Shown here: in pieces, positions 20,014 to 27,947 of the stretch
Layout: each line of letters starts with the position of its first letter
Position numbering within the stretch: the stretch's first letter is position 1
Source of the DNA: Eubacteriales bacterium
GTDB taxonomy: Bacteria; Bacillota; Clostridia; Oscillospirales; CAG-272
Direction of reading: 5' to 3'
Assembly (NCBI GenBank): GCA_045659405.1
Contig: JAZOWX010000015.1
Span: 9,143-73,142 of the forward strand
Length of the DNA stretch: 64,000 bases
Notes under the pieces: model-generated
Databases searched by the model: none
What the model saw: only the letters and a program-made list of their open reading frames with translations
What the model was told of the DNA's origin: nothing
Position numbers and translations under genes: made by a program

Positions 20014-20871
20014 ATGATAAGATACGAAACCCACCTGCCGCTTATGAACAGCGACAAGCCGTTCAAGGAGCATCTTTCAAAAAGAGAGGCGGCGGACAAT
20101 TTCATAGTCAACTGGCACCAGAGCCTGGAGCTTCTCTACCTTGTTTACGGAGACGTTGAGGTTATAACAAACGACGTCGGAGTGCGTCTTTGCCCCGGCG
20201 ACGTGGCGGTGGTAAACAGCTCTTATATTCACGACATTATCTGCCACGAAAAATCGAGCTACTACTGCATTATAGTAAACATAGACTTTCTTTCAGGCTT
20301 CGGTATAAAGATAGACGAGATAGAGTTTGACAGACTCGTGCGCTCGGAGCGTGTAAAAAATCTTACCCTTGAGATTATGAAGATTTGCCAAGAAAAGTCA
20401 CAAGGCTATGAGCTTGTTGCAAAGGCGCATATACTCACACTTGCATCCGAGCTTTTCATCAAGCACTCAAAGCGGCGCGACGAGCTTGGGGGGCGTGACG
20501 GAAACGGAAAGCTTGACGTGGCAAAGGATATTATCAAATATCTTCAGCAAAACTATGCCGAAAAGCTCACGCTTGAAACTATATCGGATGCTGTTGGGTA
20601 TAATAAATATTACGTATCGCATATTTTTAAGTCGGTAGCCGGTGTAACGGTTATGACCTATCTCAATATGCTTCGTGTCTTTCACGCAAAGGAGCTTTTA
20701 AAGACGAAAAAATACACGGTTTCGGAAGCGTGCCGTATGTGCGGCTTCGAAAACCTGTCCTATTTCACAAGAACCTATAAAAAGCATATGGGAAAGCTTC
20801 CGAGCGCAGATTTTGAAAAGGAAGCCGAGCCGAAGGTCCAAAATAACGGTTGTGTCAGCTGCTATTGCTGA
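20014..20871 (+). CDS. AraC family transcriptional regulator (cupin N-domain)
   Basis: ATG at 20014 after ggaagag. C-terminal HTH 'LTLETISDAVGYNKYYVSHIFKSVAGVTVMTYLNMLRVFHAKELL...VSEACRMCGFENLSYFTRTYKKHMGKLP'. Divergent from the oxidoreductase/isomerase genes. Confidence 0.85.
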   Translation: MIRYETHLPLMNSDKPFKEHLSKREAADNFIVNWHQSLELLYLVYGDVEVITNDVGVRLCPGDVAVVNSSYIHDIICHEKSSYYCIIVNIDFLSGFGIKIDEIEFDRLVRSERVKNLTLEIMKICQEKSQGYELVAKAHILTLASELFIKHSKRRDELGGRDGNGKLDVAKDIIKYLQQNYAEKLTLETISDAVGYNKYYVSHIFKSVAGVTVMTYLNMLRVFHAKELLKTKKYTVSEACRMCGFENLSYFTRTYKKHMGKLPSADFEKEAEPKVQNNGCVSCYC

Positions 20872-20903
20872 CAGAAAAACGATAGAGGTAAGGACTCCCT
20901 CCG

Positions 20904-20952
20904 TCATTTCTGCGAAATGCCACCTCCCTCGGTGATGGAGGCTAAAAAGCCA
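20904..20952 (+). repeat. Three-arm hairpin element, copy A
   Basis: actccctccgtCATTTCtgcGAAATGccaCCTCCCTCggtGATGGAGGc. Has a small 6-bp hairpin plus a C-rich/G-rich terminal hairpin, followed by taaaaa. Confidence 0.8.
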
Positions 20953-20962
20953 CCGAGCGCAG

Positions 20963-21024
20963 ATTTTGAAAAGGAAGCCGAGCCGAAGGTTCAAAATAAC
21001 GGCTATGTCGGCTGCTATTGCTGA
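20963..21024 (+). repeat. Untranslated duplicate of the last 62 nt (including stop) of the AraC gene
   Basis: 20810-20871 and 20963-21024 differ at only 4 of 62 positions. Confidence 0.9.
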
Positions 21025-21044
21025 TGGAAAAGGCACCTCATCCA

Positions 21045-21090
21045 CCGCTTTGCGGTCCCCCTTCCCCCACTGGGGAAGGCTAAAATGGCT
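21045..21090 (+). repeat. Three-arm hairpin element, divergent variant (copy B)
   Basis: acctcatccaCCGCtttGCGGtcCCCCTTCCCCactGGGGAAGGc. Same architecture as copy A but different sequence, followed by taaaat. Confidence 0.65.
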
Positions 21091-21145
21091 TATTAATTGC
21101 CACTGATGATAACATATCCCAATATCCCAAAATGGGGGTAAAATT

Positions 21146-22501
21146 ATGAAAGAAAAAATTTTTGATTTGCTCGAAAATCGCAAGCTCGCTGAGCTGAAGC
21201 CGGTTGTTTCGGAAATGAACGAGGTTGAGCTTGCAGAGATTTTCGAAGAGCTTGAAAAGGAGCAGCGCACGCTGCTATTCAGGATACTGCCAAAGGATTT
21301 GGCTGCCGAAACCTTTGTCGAGCTTGAAACCGATACAAAAAAAGCGCTCATTGAGGCGCTTACAGACCGTGAGCTTGGCGAGGTCATAAACGAGATGTTT
21401 GCCGATGATACGGTTGACCTTATCGAAGAAATGCCCGCAAACGTCGTGAAAAGGCTTTTGCGCCAGAGCAACAGCGAAACGAGAAAGACGATAAACGAGC
21501 TTTTGCGTTACTCAAAGGACAGCGCAGGAAGCATTATGACAACCGAGTTTATCTCGCTTTTCCGTGAAATGACGGTAGATGAGGCGCTGGCTAAAATCAA
21601 GCACCGCGCGATAGACTCCGAGACAATTTACACCTGCTACGTTACAGACGGCGCAAGACGGCTGGAGGGCTTCGTTACGGTAAAGGCGCTGCTCCTTGCC
21701 GACAAGGAAAGAAAAATTTCCGAAATTATGGAAGAAAACGTAATCTTTGCGCACACAGACGACGGGCGAGAAGAGGTTGCCCGTATGCTTGCCGATTACG
21801 ACTTCCTTGCCCTGCCGATAGTGGACAAAGAAAACCGCATTGTCGGTATTGTCACAGTCGATGACGCTATGGACGTTATCGAGGAGGAAACAACCGAGGA
21901 TATCGCAAAAATGGCGGCGGTATTGCCAACCGGTGTTCCATACCTGAAGCGCGGTGTTTTTGCAATATTCAAAAGCCGTATTCCCTGGCTTCTTCTGCTT
22001 ATGATAAGCGCAACCTTTACAGGTCTTATAATCAACAGCTTTGAGTCAAGGCTCAACGCAATATCGTCTGTACTTTTTGCCGTAGTGCCTATGATGATGG
22101 ACACGGGCGGAAACTCCGGCTCGCAGGCATCTGTAACCGTAATTCGTGCGCTCTCGCTCGGTGAGCTTGAAATCAGCGACGTTTTCCACGTGCTGTGGAA
22201 AGAGCTTCGGGCATCCCTGCTGCTCGGTATCACCCTCGGTGCCGCCTGCTTCTTAAAGCTTCTCGTTATCGACAATCTGCTCTTTGGATTTTCGGACTAC
22301 ACGCCGATTCGCTGTCTTGTTATTTCGTTAGCGCTCGTTGTAACCGTAATTATAGCAAAGCTCGTCGGCTGCACCCTGCCCATACTCGCAAAGCGGTTAC
22401 GGCTTGACCCTGCGGTTGTAGCTTCACCGTTTATTACGACGATAGTTGATGCGCTTTCCTTGATGCTCTACTGTTCGCTGGCAGTAGCGATTTTGTCGTA
22501 A
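21146..22501 (+). CDS. mgtE: Magnesium transporter MgtE
   Basis: 451 aa with an N-domain, a CBS pair and a TM domain containing 'MMMDTGGNSGSQASV'. Confidence 0.9.
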   Translation: MKEKIFDLLENRKLAELKPVVSEMNEVELAEIFEELEKEQRTLLFRILPKDLAAETFVELETDTKKALIEALTDRELGEVINEMFADDTVDLIEEMPANVVKRLLRQSNSETRKTINELLRYSKDSAGSIMTTEFISLFREMTVDEALAKIKHRAIDSETIYTCYVTDGARRLEGFVTVKALLLADKERKISEIMEENVIFAHTDDGREEVARMLADYDFLALPIVDKENRIVGIVTVDDAMDVIEEETTEDIAKMAAVLPTGVPYLKRGVFAIFKSRIPWLLLLMISATFTGLIINSFESRLNAISSVLFAVVPMMMDTGGNSGSQASVTVIRALSLGELEISDVFHVLWKELRASLLLGITLGAACFLKLLVIDNLLFGFSDYTPIRCLVISLALVVTVIIAKLVGCTLPILAKRLRLDPAVVASPFITTIVDALSLMLYCSLAVAILS

Positions 22502-22671
22502 ATAAACTCCCTCCGTCATTTCTACGAAATGCCACCTCCCTCGGGGATGGAGGCGAAAAATGCGCTTTCCTTGATGCTCTACTGTTCGCTGGCAGTAGCG
22601 ATTTTGTCGTAAATAAACTCCCTCCGTCATTTCTGCGAAATGCCACCTCCCTCGGGGAGGGAGGCAAAAAC
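22450..22671 (+). repeat. Two tandem 111-bp units, each made of the mgtE 3' end plus a hairpin element (copies C and D)
   Basis: 22450-22560 and 22561-22671 differ by about 3 positions. Element copies lie at 22506-22554 and 22617-22665. The real mgtE stop is at 22499-22501. Confidence 0.9.
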
Positions 22672-22765
22672 TGCTCACTTACAGTTGAAATTTTGTAGTA
22701 AATAAAAAACATCTCGGCTTATATGATATTGCCCTTTGGGGTTTTATCATGCCGAGATGCTTTTT

Positions 22766-24067
22766 TTATTTTTGGTCCTTGCGTATTTCCTCACGCTTGA
22801 TTTTGTAAATTTCTTCGGTTGCAAAGCCGAGCTTTGTTACCACGTTTTCTTTGGTGGGATAGCAATAATACGAGTCGTTTGCGATAGAGATATCAAAGCA
22901 GTCATACGGCTCAATATAGCAGTAATCATACTCAATATGCAAACTATTGTTTTCAAGAGGTTGTCTTTGTATCCTGTAATCCTCGCCACGGTAATGCCCC
23001 TCAAGAACAAATCCCTCCTCGGGATTGTGACGCAATTTTGCATCACCGAGATACTCGAAGCGCCAACATCTTGGGAGCGAATAAACACGCACGTCATCAG
23101 AAAATGAATACTCACCGCGCAGAATCTGCCCACGCACCTCGCTACGCTCCCACTCGTACCAATCGGGCACGTGTGAAAACTCGGTTTCGCCATTGTTTGC
23201 AGAAAGTGTGCCGTCGGTATTCAGCGTCCAGCGCTTGCCGCACTCGGTACAGAATATTTCAGCGCCCGACGAGGACATTTTCGACTCGGTTTTACAGCTT
23301 GGGCATTGATAAAGTATTTTATGAAGCCCCTCGGCACGGTATGGTTCGGTTATCTGTATGCCGTTTTCACGCTGATATTTATATTCGTCATACTGAAGCG
23401 CCGCCTTTATTTTCTCGTATATCTCGTCAGCAGACATATTTTTCACGTCATCTGCCGTCAGTATCTGCGTTGCGGTTGTATGAAGCGGCACTTTACGCTT
23501 CTTTCTGAAATTCCAGAAGGGTGTGTGCAGGTGATTTCCACGGTGAACGACTGCCACAACCGGCACCTTACACATTTTAACAAGCGAGCCGAGCGACTCC
23601 GGCATATATGCCGTCGTACCCGATGCCGAATATCTTGCCTCGGGGTACATTGCGAGGATATCACCCCTGTCAACAACCTTTCTTATCGACTTTACAAGAT
23701 GAAAATCGTTGACAAACTTTCTTGTGCATATTGCGCCAATCCATTCAAGAAGCCAGGGGCGTCTGTAATATCCGTCAATATTTACCACGTTATTGACACG
23801 GTATGGGTGGGTTATCTGCGAGGTAAGCTCAAAGTCAATAAAATACTGATGATTGCTGAGTAGAATATACGGCGGCTTCAGGCCCTCCATATTTATTTTT
23901 TCAATCTTGTATTTTTTACCGATAAGAAGTATCTTGGAAAGTATCCATATCAGCCATTCGAGATACCACGGCTGTCTTATCGGGTATTTTGCGGTTTTGT
24001 ACCGCTTTTTGTTTTTGTAGTTGACTTCCTTGTTTGCTTTGTTCATATCATTCATAATGCCATCCAA
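22766..24067 (-). CDS. Lysophospholipid (PlsC-type) acyltransferase family protein with a C-terminal extension
   Basis: 'LLSNHQYFIDFE' (HX4D acyltransferase motif) and 'YPEARYS'. The C-terminal half contains CPSC...CTEC (zinc-ribbon-like). Confidence 0.7.
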   Translation of the reverse strand: MDGIMNDMNKANKEVNYKNKKRYKTAKYPIRQPWYLEWLIWILSKILLIGKKYKIEKINMEGLKPPYILLSNHQYFIDFELTSQITHPYRVNNVVNIDGYYRRPWLLEWIGAICTRKFVNDFHLVKSIRKVVDRGDILAMYPEARYSASGTTAYMPESLGSLVKMCKVPVVAVVHRGNHLHTPFWNFRKKRKVPLHTTATQILTADDVKNMSADEIYEKIKAALQYDEYKYQRENGIQITEPYRAEGLHKILYQCPSCKTESKMSSSGAEIFCTECGKRWTLNTDGTLSANNGETEFSHVPDWYEWERSEVRGQILRGEYSFSDDVRVYSLPRCWRFEYLGDAKLRHNPEEGFVLEGHYRGEDYRIQRQPLENNSLHIEYDYCYIEPYDCFDISIANDSYYCYPTKENVVTKLGFATEEIYKIKREEIRKDQK

Positions 24068-24299
24068 ACCTGCTGTTCAAATTTATTTTCGTGGGTCGGC
24101 TATATCAACCTTGTATATTTTACCCGATTTTTATACAAAAAGCAAGTATTTTCGCAAAGAGTGGGGAAAACTTGTAAAAAAATTGTTGAATTTAAGTTTT
24201 ATTTATGTTAACATTAAACTAACACACGAATTTGCTTGTTATTAAAGCTGCGGATATGTGTGAAAATTGTTTGTTATACGCTTACATAGGAGATTTATT

Positions 24300-25034
24300 A
24301 TGATTTTTGAGATGTGGTCTGTATGGCATTTTCTTTATATGCTTTCTCCGTTTGTTATTTTCCCGATCCTTTATTTTGCGGTTAAAAATGCATCGGACAA
24401 GGTTAAGAACACAACCGCCCTGATACTCGGAATAATATCGCTTTCAATACTAATCATAAGAAATATTGATATATACGCAACCTGCGGAATGGACCTTGAG
24501 GTGATACCGCTTCAGGTATGTCACGTCGGAAGCATTGTAACAGGTCTTGCCCTGATTTTCAGAAAGAGATGGCTGCTTCTCACGGGCTTTTGCTTTAATA
24601 TGACACCTGCATTTTTAGCTATGATTTTTGCCGATTCGCTCGCAAACTACCCTACGCTTTTGGCGATAAGACCGCAGACATACGTGTGGGGGCATATTAT
24701 GATTGTGGTTTGCGCACTCTACGGCATACTTATTTACAAGCCGCACTCTACCAGGGGTGACGTAACAGCGTCGCTTTCGCTGATATCGGGAATACTCGCA
24801 AGTGCTATTATATGCAACTCGGCACTCCGCCTGATTGACGGCTGGGAACCAAACTATTTCTATCTTTATAACTACCAGGGTACACCGCTTAAGTTTCTCT
24901 ATGACATCTTCCCCACCACTACCGTCGGGTGGTTTTCTATAAATATTTTCTACGTGCTTGTTTTGATTGCAGTTTTTGTAGTCGTATATTTTGCTCTTCT
25001 TTACCTGACAAAAATCATATCCAAGACAAAATAA
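24300..25034 (+). CDS. Multi-pass membrane protein (YwaF/TIGR02206-like, tentative)
   Basis: ATG at 24300 after taggagat. About 7 hydrophobic segments. The family assignment is from memory only. Confidence 0.6.
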   Translation: MIFEMWSVWHFLYMLSPFVIFPILYFAVKNASDKVKNTTALILGIISLSILIIRNIDIYATCGMDLEVIPLQVCHVGSIVTGLALIFRKRWLLLTGFCFNMTPAFLAMIFADSLANYPTLLAIRPQTYVWGHIMIVVCALYGILIYKPHSTRGDVTASLSLISGILASAIICNSALRLIDGWEPNYFYLYNYQGTPLKFLYDIFPTTTVGWFSINIFYVLVLIAVFVVVYFALLYLTKIISKTK

Positions 25035-25351
25035 GTAAATTATAGTAGTCAAAAACGCATTTTTCAGAAAGTTTGATTTTACAAAAGCGTTGTTCCGCTT
25101 TTGTTAGATTAAGTCGGATGCGCCCCCATGACGAGGTGGATTTTATGCGGAATTTTTCGTTCTCGCACGAAGCCGCACGAGGATAGAGCCGGATGTAAGA
25201 GAGCGCAAAAAGCGAAAATGAAATACTCATAAAAAGAAGAAAGCCTGACGAAAAACCGTCAGGCTTTCAATGCTTATTAACTAAAAATTGAGCAGCTCGA
25301 AGCGTTATACAAGGTAAATGAAATACTTTTGTTTGTACTCAAATACAGCCG

Positions 25352-26305
25352 TCAAAAGCCGCCGCAGTATTCTTCAAACTCTGCAAGCGCCCCGACGTAT
25401 CCCTCTTTGTCTGCAAGGTACGCAATTCCGTGTCCTGCGCCCGAAATCAGCTTTATACGCTTTTTGCTCGGGCAAAGCTCATAAACCGCCTCGCTCATTG
25501 TATGCGGAACGAAATTATCATTATCTCCGTGAATGAAAATTATAGGCTTTTTGCAGCGTGACATCGCATCCGCAGGAGAGGTTTCATCTAAATCAAAGCC
25601 GCCGAAAAGCTTTGCCGAAAGCTTGACAAAGGGATAAAGAAGCCCCGACGGCAGGTGCATTTCGCCAATTACCTTTTTTATAATTTCCTTTGCCGAGCTA
25701 TAACCGCAATCCGCCATAATGCAAAGCACGTTGTCGGGAAGCTTCTCGCCTGCGGCAAGAAGCACGGTTGCAGCCCCCATAGAAACACCGCCGAGAATAA
25801 GTCTGACGTCAGGGCCGAAATGTCTGACTGCAAAATTCGCCCAAGCTACGGCATCGTGACGCTCGTTAATGCCAAAGCTTATAACACTTCCCTCTGACCT
25901 GCCGTGCGCTCTTTGGTCGATAAGCATAACGCTCCTGCCAAGGGCGGCGCAACGCTCAACAGCCGCACAAAGGTCACGCTCGGAGTTGCCGCGATAGCCG
26001 TGGAATATAAGCTCGATAACAGCTCCAGGACGGTATTCGTAATATTTGGCACGAAGCGTCAAGCCGTCATGCGATTTTATCTCAAAATTCTCGTGCGGAC
26101 GCTTGCGGTTTTCTTCCATCCAGCCTACCATATCACGGTGATACGGCTCGTATATACTGCCCTCGGGGAACTCATATTCGCCCTCGCCAAGCACACGGCG
26201 CGGCGCCGAATAAAAGGTCATACGGAATATAACGGCAAGAGCCGCAAAAAACAGCAGCAAAAGCGCCAAGACAATTATAATCGGAAGCCAAATTTCAATT
26301 CCCAT
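25352..26305 (-). CDS. Membrane-anchored alpha/beta hydrolase
   Basis: ATG at 26305 after GGAGAG. N-terminal TM helix, 'GGVSMGA' nucleophile elbow, 'HGDNDNFVP' and 'GAGHG'. Confidence 0.8.
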   Translation of the reverse strand: MGIEIWLPIIIVLALLLLFFAALAVIFRMTFYSAPRRVLGEGEYEFPEGSIYEPYHRDMVGWMEENRKRPHENFEIKSHDGLTLRAKYYEYRPGAVIELIFHGYRGNSERDLCAAVERCAALGRSVMLIDQRAHGRSEGSVISFGINERHDAVAWANFAVRHFGPDVRLILGGVSMGAATVLLAAGEKLPDNVLCIMADCGYSSAKEIIKKVIGEMHLPSGLLYPFVKLSAKLFGGFDLDETSPADAMSRCKKPIIFIHGDNDNFVPHTMSEAVYELCPSKKRIKLISGAGHGIAYLADKEGYVGALAEFEEYCGGF

Positions 26306-26449
26306 AATCTCTCCAAAAAGATTTAAATACAAATTACTTCATAAAAATTATAAGCCTATTTCAAAGCTTTGTCAATAAGCGCACAAACAAAAAAATAAAA
26401 GTTAACAAAAGAGCAAAAAGGACGGAATTTGCCGAAGCGAATTTAACGC

Positions 26450-26683
26450 TTATTTTATCTTTTTAATTTTCGAAATGCATAAATCACAAAGACGTATTTC
26501 TTGCGGATTTTCTATTCTTTCACCGCACAAGGCGCATATATTTTCATTTGCCGATATAATTATTGTGGAGTTCTCCAACGAAACCATCACTTTATCATTG
26601 CTTTTCAAGCCTAATATATTTCTGTACGTCTTTGGCAAAACTATTCTGCCAAGCTTGTCAATTTCTTTCTCTATTCCGCTCAT
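26450..26683 (-). CDS. AbrB/SpoVT (MazE-like swapped-hairpin) DNA-binding protein with a C-terminal CxxC..CxxC
   Basis: ATG at 26683 after GAGGG. 'IDKLGRIVLPKTYRNILGLKSNDKVMV' is an AbrB-type motif. The C-terminus is 'CALCGERIENPQEIRLCDLC'. Confidence 0.7.
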   Translation of the reverse strand: MSGIEKEIDKLGRIVLPKTYRNILGLKSNDKVMVSLENSTIIISANENICALCGERIENPQEIRLCDLCISKIKKIK

Positions 26684-26792
26684 TTTTCCCTCAATACAAG
26701 TAAATATTAATACCATTATGATAACACTTTGTTTGTATATTGTCAAGAAAAAAGTGTGTATAATGTTATCAAAATGTTTTCGAGGTGTTAGT

Positions 26793-26984
26793 ATGGCTAC
26801 GAACAAAATACAAACAGGAATAAGATTTGAGCCGGAATTGCTTTATAAGATAACACAGATAGCTAAAGACAACAAGCGCTCTCTGAATGCACAGCTTGAA
26901 TTTTTAGCCCAGAACTGTGTCAAGGAATACGAGGCTGAAAACGGAGAAATAGCGATAGACGAAAACAAGCTTTACAGCAAATAA
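26793..26984 (+). CDS. Ribbon-helix-helix (Arc/CopG-like) protein
   Basis: ATG at 26793 after gaggtg. 63 aa; 'IQTGIRFEPELLYKITQIAKDNKRSLNAQLEFLAQ' fits a beta-alpha-alpha RHH pattern. Confidence 0.6.
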   Translation: MATNKIQTGIRFEPELLYKITQIAKDNKRSLNAQLEFLAQNCVKEYEAENGEIAIDENKLYSK

Positions 26985-27026
26985 AAATTCGATTTAGCTT
27001 TGAGCTTGAAATAATTTGATAAACAC

Positions 27027-27057
27027 AAAAAAGGACGGGATTTTCCCGTCCTTTTTT
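27027..27057. terminator. Bidirectional terminator
   Basis: aaaaaaGGACGGGattttCCCGTCCtttttt. Confidence 0.8.
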
Positions 27058-27078
27058 GAATTCGCCGAAGCGAATAAA

Positions 27079-27843
27079 TTATTTCTTTGTAACCTTGGTT
27101 ACATGAGTGTTGATACCGTTGTACCAGTATGCGTAACCTTCTACAGTAATAATATCATCAGCTACAAGATCTTCGACAGCCTTGTAAACATCGCTATCAG
27201 GAGAAATGAGATAAGATTCTACACAGAATGTAGCGGTTGTCTCACCATATTTAACGGTCAGATAAATATCCTTGCCACGTTCGCCGCCCTGATACTCTAT
27301 TCCAACAACGGTAACTTCGTTAAACTTAACAAGCTGATTCTGATACTTTATAAGAGAATCCTTACCAAGCAAAGAGGTTACATCAAGTGCGGGAGCGACA
27401 TACTTGTCATCCTCGTCACCAACAAACTCGAATGTAGAACCCCAGTTAATTTCAACCTCACCTGCCCATGCGGTTTTTGTTCCGCTAACCTTTATCTTGG
27501 TTCCGGGGGTAAGTTTTTCAGCATCTGTCTGCGAGCACTTCATCTTGTAAGCGAAATATGCACCGTCAAGGTCTGCAAGATAAGCAGTAGTTACATAATC
27601 ATTAACATCATCCGAATCGAACCAACAACCCTGAGTAGCCTGAACGTAAGCCTCAATTACTACTGCATCGCCGACAGCAGCCGCTGCATACTCAGCGTAG
27701 GTCATAACACCCTCAGACTTGATTTTTACGTTGTTGTACTGTTCCTCATCCATCTTAAGATAGGAAGAGCCGCCGCTGCCGTTACACGATGTCATTGCAA
27801 ACACAAGTGTAAGCGCCAAAAGCAAAGTCAAAATCTTTTTCAT
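27079..27843 (-). CDS. Lipoprotein of unknown function (last gene of the ABC transporter operon)
   Basis: Signal peptide and lipobox 'LVFAMTSCNG'. 254 aa, acidic. Confidence 0.75.
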   Translation of the reverse strand: MKKILTLLLALTLVFAMTSCNGSGGSSYLKMDEEQYNNVKIKSEGVMTYAEYAAAAVGDAVVIEAYVQATQGCWFDSDDVNDYVTTAYLADLDGAYFAYKMKCSQTDAEKLTPGTKIKVSGTKTAWAGEVEINWGSTFEFVGDEDDKYVAPALDVTSLLGKDSLIKYQNQLVKFNEVTVVGIEYQGGERGKDIYLTVKYGETTATFCVESYLISPDSDVYKAVEDLVADDIITVEGYAYWYNGINTHVTKVTKK

Positions 27844-27947
27844 TTTCTTTTTCTCCTTTTTGGTTTTAAACCATTTAAGTTACATTTAAAAAATGTTTAA
27901 CTTAATTATACTCATTTTATTTGATATGTCAAGGTTTTCGGGGAATT

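Noticed and set aside
21091-21145. An M-box (Mg) riboswitch upstream of mgtE.
   Set aside because: Only ~55 nt separate the last repeat element from the start codon, far too short for the ~160-nt M-box. No M-box motifs are seen.
20810-22671. Diversity-generating retroelement (a VR at the gene 3' end plus a nearby TR copy).
   Set aside because: The X/X' differences are C>T, T>C, G>A and A>G, not adenine-specific. No reverse transcriptase or accessory gene is nearby. The mgtE duplicate is almost identical to the original.
20698-22712. ORFs 20698..21471(-), 22424..22678(-) and 22434..22712(-), which encode repeated 'GRWHFAEMTEGV'-type peptides.
   Set aside because: They are read-throughs of the hairpin elements and the antisense of mgtE. 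They show low complexity, have no RBS, and overlap well-supported genes.
25106-25240. A possible small RNA between two hairpin terminators (25081-25105 and 25240-25268), plus ORF 25015..25230(-).
   Set aside because: I could support no promoter, conserved structure or recognisable family by eye. The ORF has no RBS and an implausible composition. It is left unannotated.
26450-26984. A toxin-antitoxin module formed by the AbrB and RHH genes.
   Set aside because: The genes are divergent rather than co-transcribed. Both look like antitoxin/regulator folds, and no toxin-sized ORF is adjacent.
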